A DNA stretch of 64,000 bases from Verrucomicrobiota bacterium (GTDB lineage: Bacteria; Verrucomicrobiota; Verrucomicrobiia; Limisphaerales; SXTU01): contig JBDKJY010000021.1 in assembly GCA_039796295.1 (NCBI GenBank), positions 34,868 through 98,867 on the forward strand. The letters are read 5' to 3'. A model generated the notes under the pieces. That model worked only from the letters and a program-made list of their open reading frames with translations. It searched no databases and was not told the origin of the DNA. This document shows, in pieces, positions 62,994 through 64,000 of this stretch (its first letter is position 1; the number at the start of each line of letters is the position of its first letter). Made by a program: the position numbers and the translations under genes.

Positions 62994-64000
62994 TCAACAC
63001 CAGCATCCCGACAAACACCGCCACCGCCACCCCACCCACACCCAAGCCACGAGGCTGTTCAGCGTCAACAGCAGCCACGTGCCCGCCCCCGCCGCCACGC
63101 CCCCGCCCACCGACGCCACCACCCAGCTCTTCCACCACGGCGGCTTCGCAACCGGCGGCGAAATGGCGGGTTCAGCCGCCGGAGGGGATACGTTCGTGAT
63201 CGTTGGCTGCGTCAACGTCTGCCCGACCTGACTGCCAGTGACATTGCCGACCACTCGAATGCTCCGGTCATCGCCCATAAATTTTGGCTCGCTGCCGGGT
63301 GGATAGTTGTGGATGTGCGTCACCCCTCGGTCGCGCCGTTCCGCATCCCGGAAGTCCCGCTCTGTCGCTCCGTTCAACGCATCAGCCACACTCACCGGCA
63401 CAAGCTTTCCTTTTACCTTCACCTCATGCACAGCCGTCCCTTTGCCATCGAGCAACAGGAGCGTCTCGTAGTCGAGAAACTCTCCGAGGTATCCCGGCAC
63501 CGGCACCAGCTCCTCCACAGCGAGGTTGCCGCTGAAGGACCGGTGGATATCCGCCAGCGTCCCGCGAAAGAGCGCGAGGAACTCCCGCCGCTCCCGCCCG
63601 GTGCCGCCCCGGATCAGGATGTCCAGCCGCGCGTCTTCCGGCTCGCTGCGCACGAGCGCTTCACAGGCCCCCTGCTTGAACTTCGCCCCCGTCCGCCACA
63701 GGCAATGCCTCGCGATGAGCCCGTGCAGCCGCACCATCAGGCGGCCGATCACACTGCCGGGGAGCACCCCGTATTGGTAACGGAAGCCCAGCGCTTCCTG
63801 CCAGTCCCCCGTGTCCACCTCATCCTTGTGCAGCAGGTCGGGCAGGAACCACCGGTCCGGCTCCCCGTCAAAGGCGAAGCAAATCTCGAAGCGCCGCATC
63901 ATCGCGAGGATGAAGTCCTCTTTGTCCTGCGGATAGCGCTCCCGTCCTCCCGGCAGTTCCGCCAGCGAACGCCGCATATCGCCGCGCGTCAGCATTCCGC
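62994..64000 (-). CDS. Roco-type protein, COR (C-terminal of Roc) domain plus linker and TM segment; 5' end outside the window
   Basis: DKEDFILAMMRRFEICFAFDGEPDRWFLPDLL...LGFRYQYGVLPGSVIGRLMVRLH...CLWRTGAKF fits the COR pattern. The frame is still open at nt 64000. Confidence 0.65.
   Translation of the reverse strand, partial: GMLTRGDMRRSLAELPGGRERYPQDKEDFILAMMRRFEICFAFDGEPDRWFLPDLLHKDEVDTGDWQEALGFRYQYGVLPGSVIGRLMVRLHGLIARHCLWRTGAKFKQGACEALVRSEPEDARLDILIRGGTGRERREFLALFRGTLADIHRSFSGNLAVEELVPVPGYLGEFLDYETLLLLDGKGTAVHEVKVKGKLVPVSVADALNGATERDFRDAERRDRGVTHIHNYPPGSEPKFMGDDRSIRVVGNVTGSQVGQTLTQPTITNVSPPAAEPAISPPVAKPPWWKSWVVASVGGGVAAGAGTWLLLTLNSLVAWVWVGWRWRCLSGCWC

Noticed and set aside
61864-64000. 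G-ending codon preference of the Roco and orphan genes as a sign of horizontal acquisition
   Set aside because: Other clearly native-looking genes in the window (for example the DUF1592-type gene at 31133-33520) show the same G3-rich usage, so the contrast with C3-rich housekeeping genes is not locus-specific.

Overview
This is a 64-kb, high-GC chromosomal segment. Its gene content points to the PVC superphylum, most likely a Verrucomicrobiota lineage: two DUF1501 genes, PSCyt/DUF1549- and DUF1592-type cytochrome-c-domain proteins, an H-X9-DG pseudopilin-like gene, and a PVC-type dehydrogenase/heme-binding protein. I call about 43 protein-coding genes or gene fragments. I found no rRNA, tRNA, CRISPR array, transposase or integrase. 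Housekeeping genes are mutM, rho, prfB (with its classical +1 frameshift), trpC, trpS, fabH, a cysteine desulfurase, an IMPase-family gene and a PHP histidinol-phosphatase. Recognisable operons are MoxR-DUF58-transglutaminase (16.6-21.3 kb, minus strand) and an eight-gene nitrate-type ABC uptake operon (37.6-44.3 kb, minus strand). That operon carries an outer-membrane porin, two tandem NrtS-like mini-genes and an embedded CBM48-like gene, with a divergent LysR regulator. I do not see a complete, clearly novel multi-gene system. The strongest unexplained signals are five. (1) A 2,776-codon ORF (1648-9978) is really two full-length paralogous envelope proteins of unrecognised family; they appear fused by a 14-bp tandem duplication at 5004-5031, and the first copy carries an internal pseudopilin-like module. 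(2) A strictly phased 21-bp tandem array of 11 units with A-tracts lies at 55231-55461. (3) A 204-bp tandem duplication re-created the start of the CBM48-like gene inside the nitrate operon. (4) Two loci hold coding-looking frames interrupted by in-frame stops or frameshifts (36.86-37.48 kb, and the membrane tail of a Roco/COR protein at 62.8-63.1 kb). (5) Nearly every intergenic gap holds one of several families of palindromic REP/MITE-like elements, and some intrude into operons and annotated 5' ends. Many long ORFs in the six-frame track are antisense shadows typical of high-GC DNA and are rejected. All calls rest on reading the translations and the DNA by eye; no database search was run.
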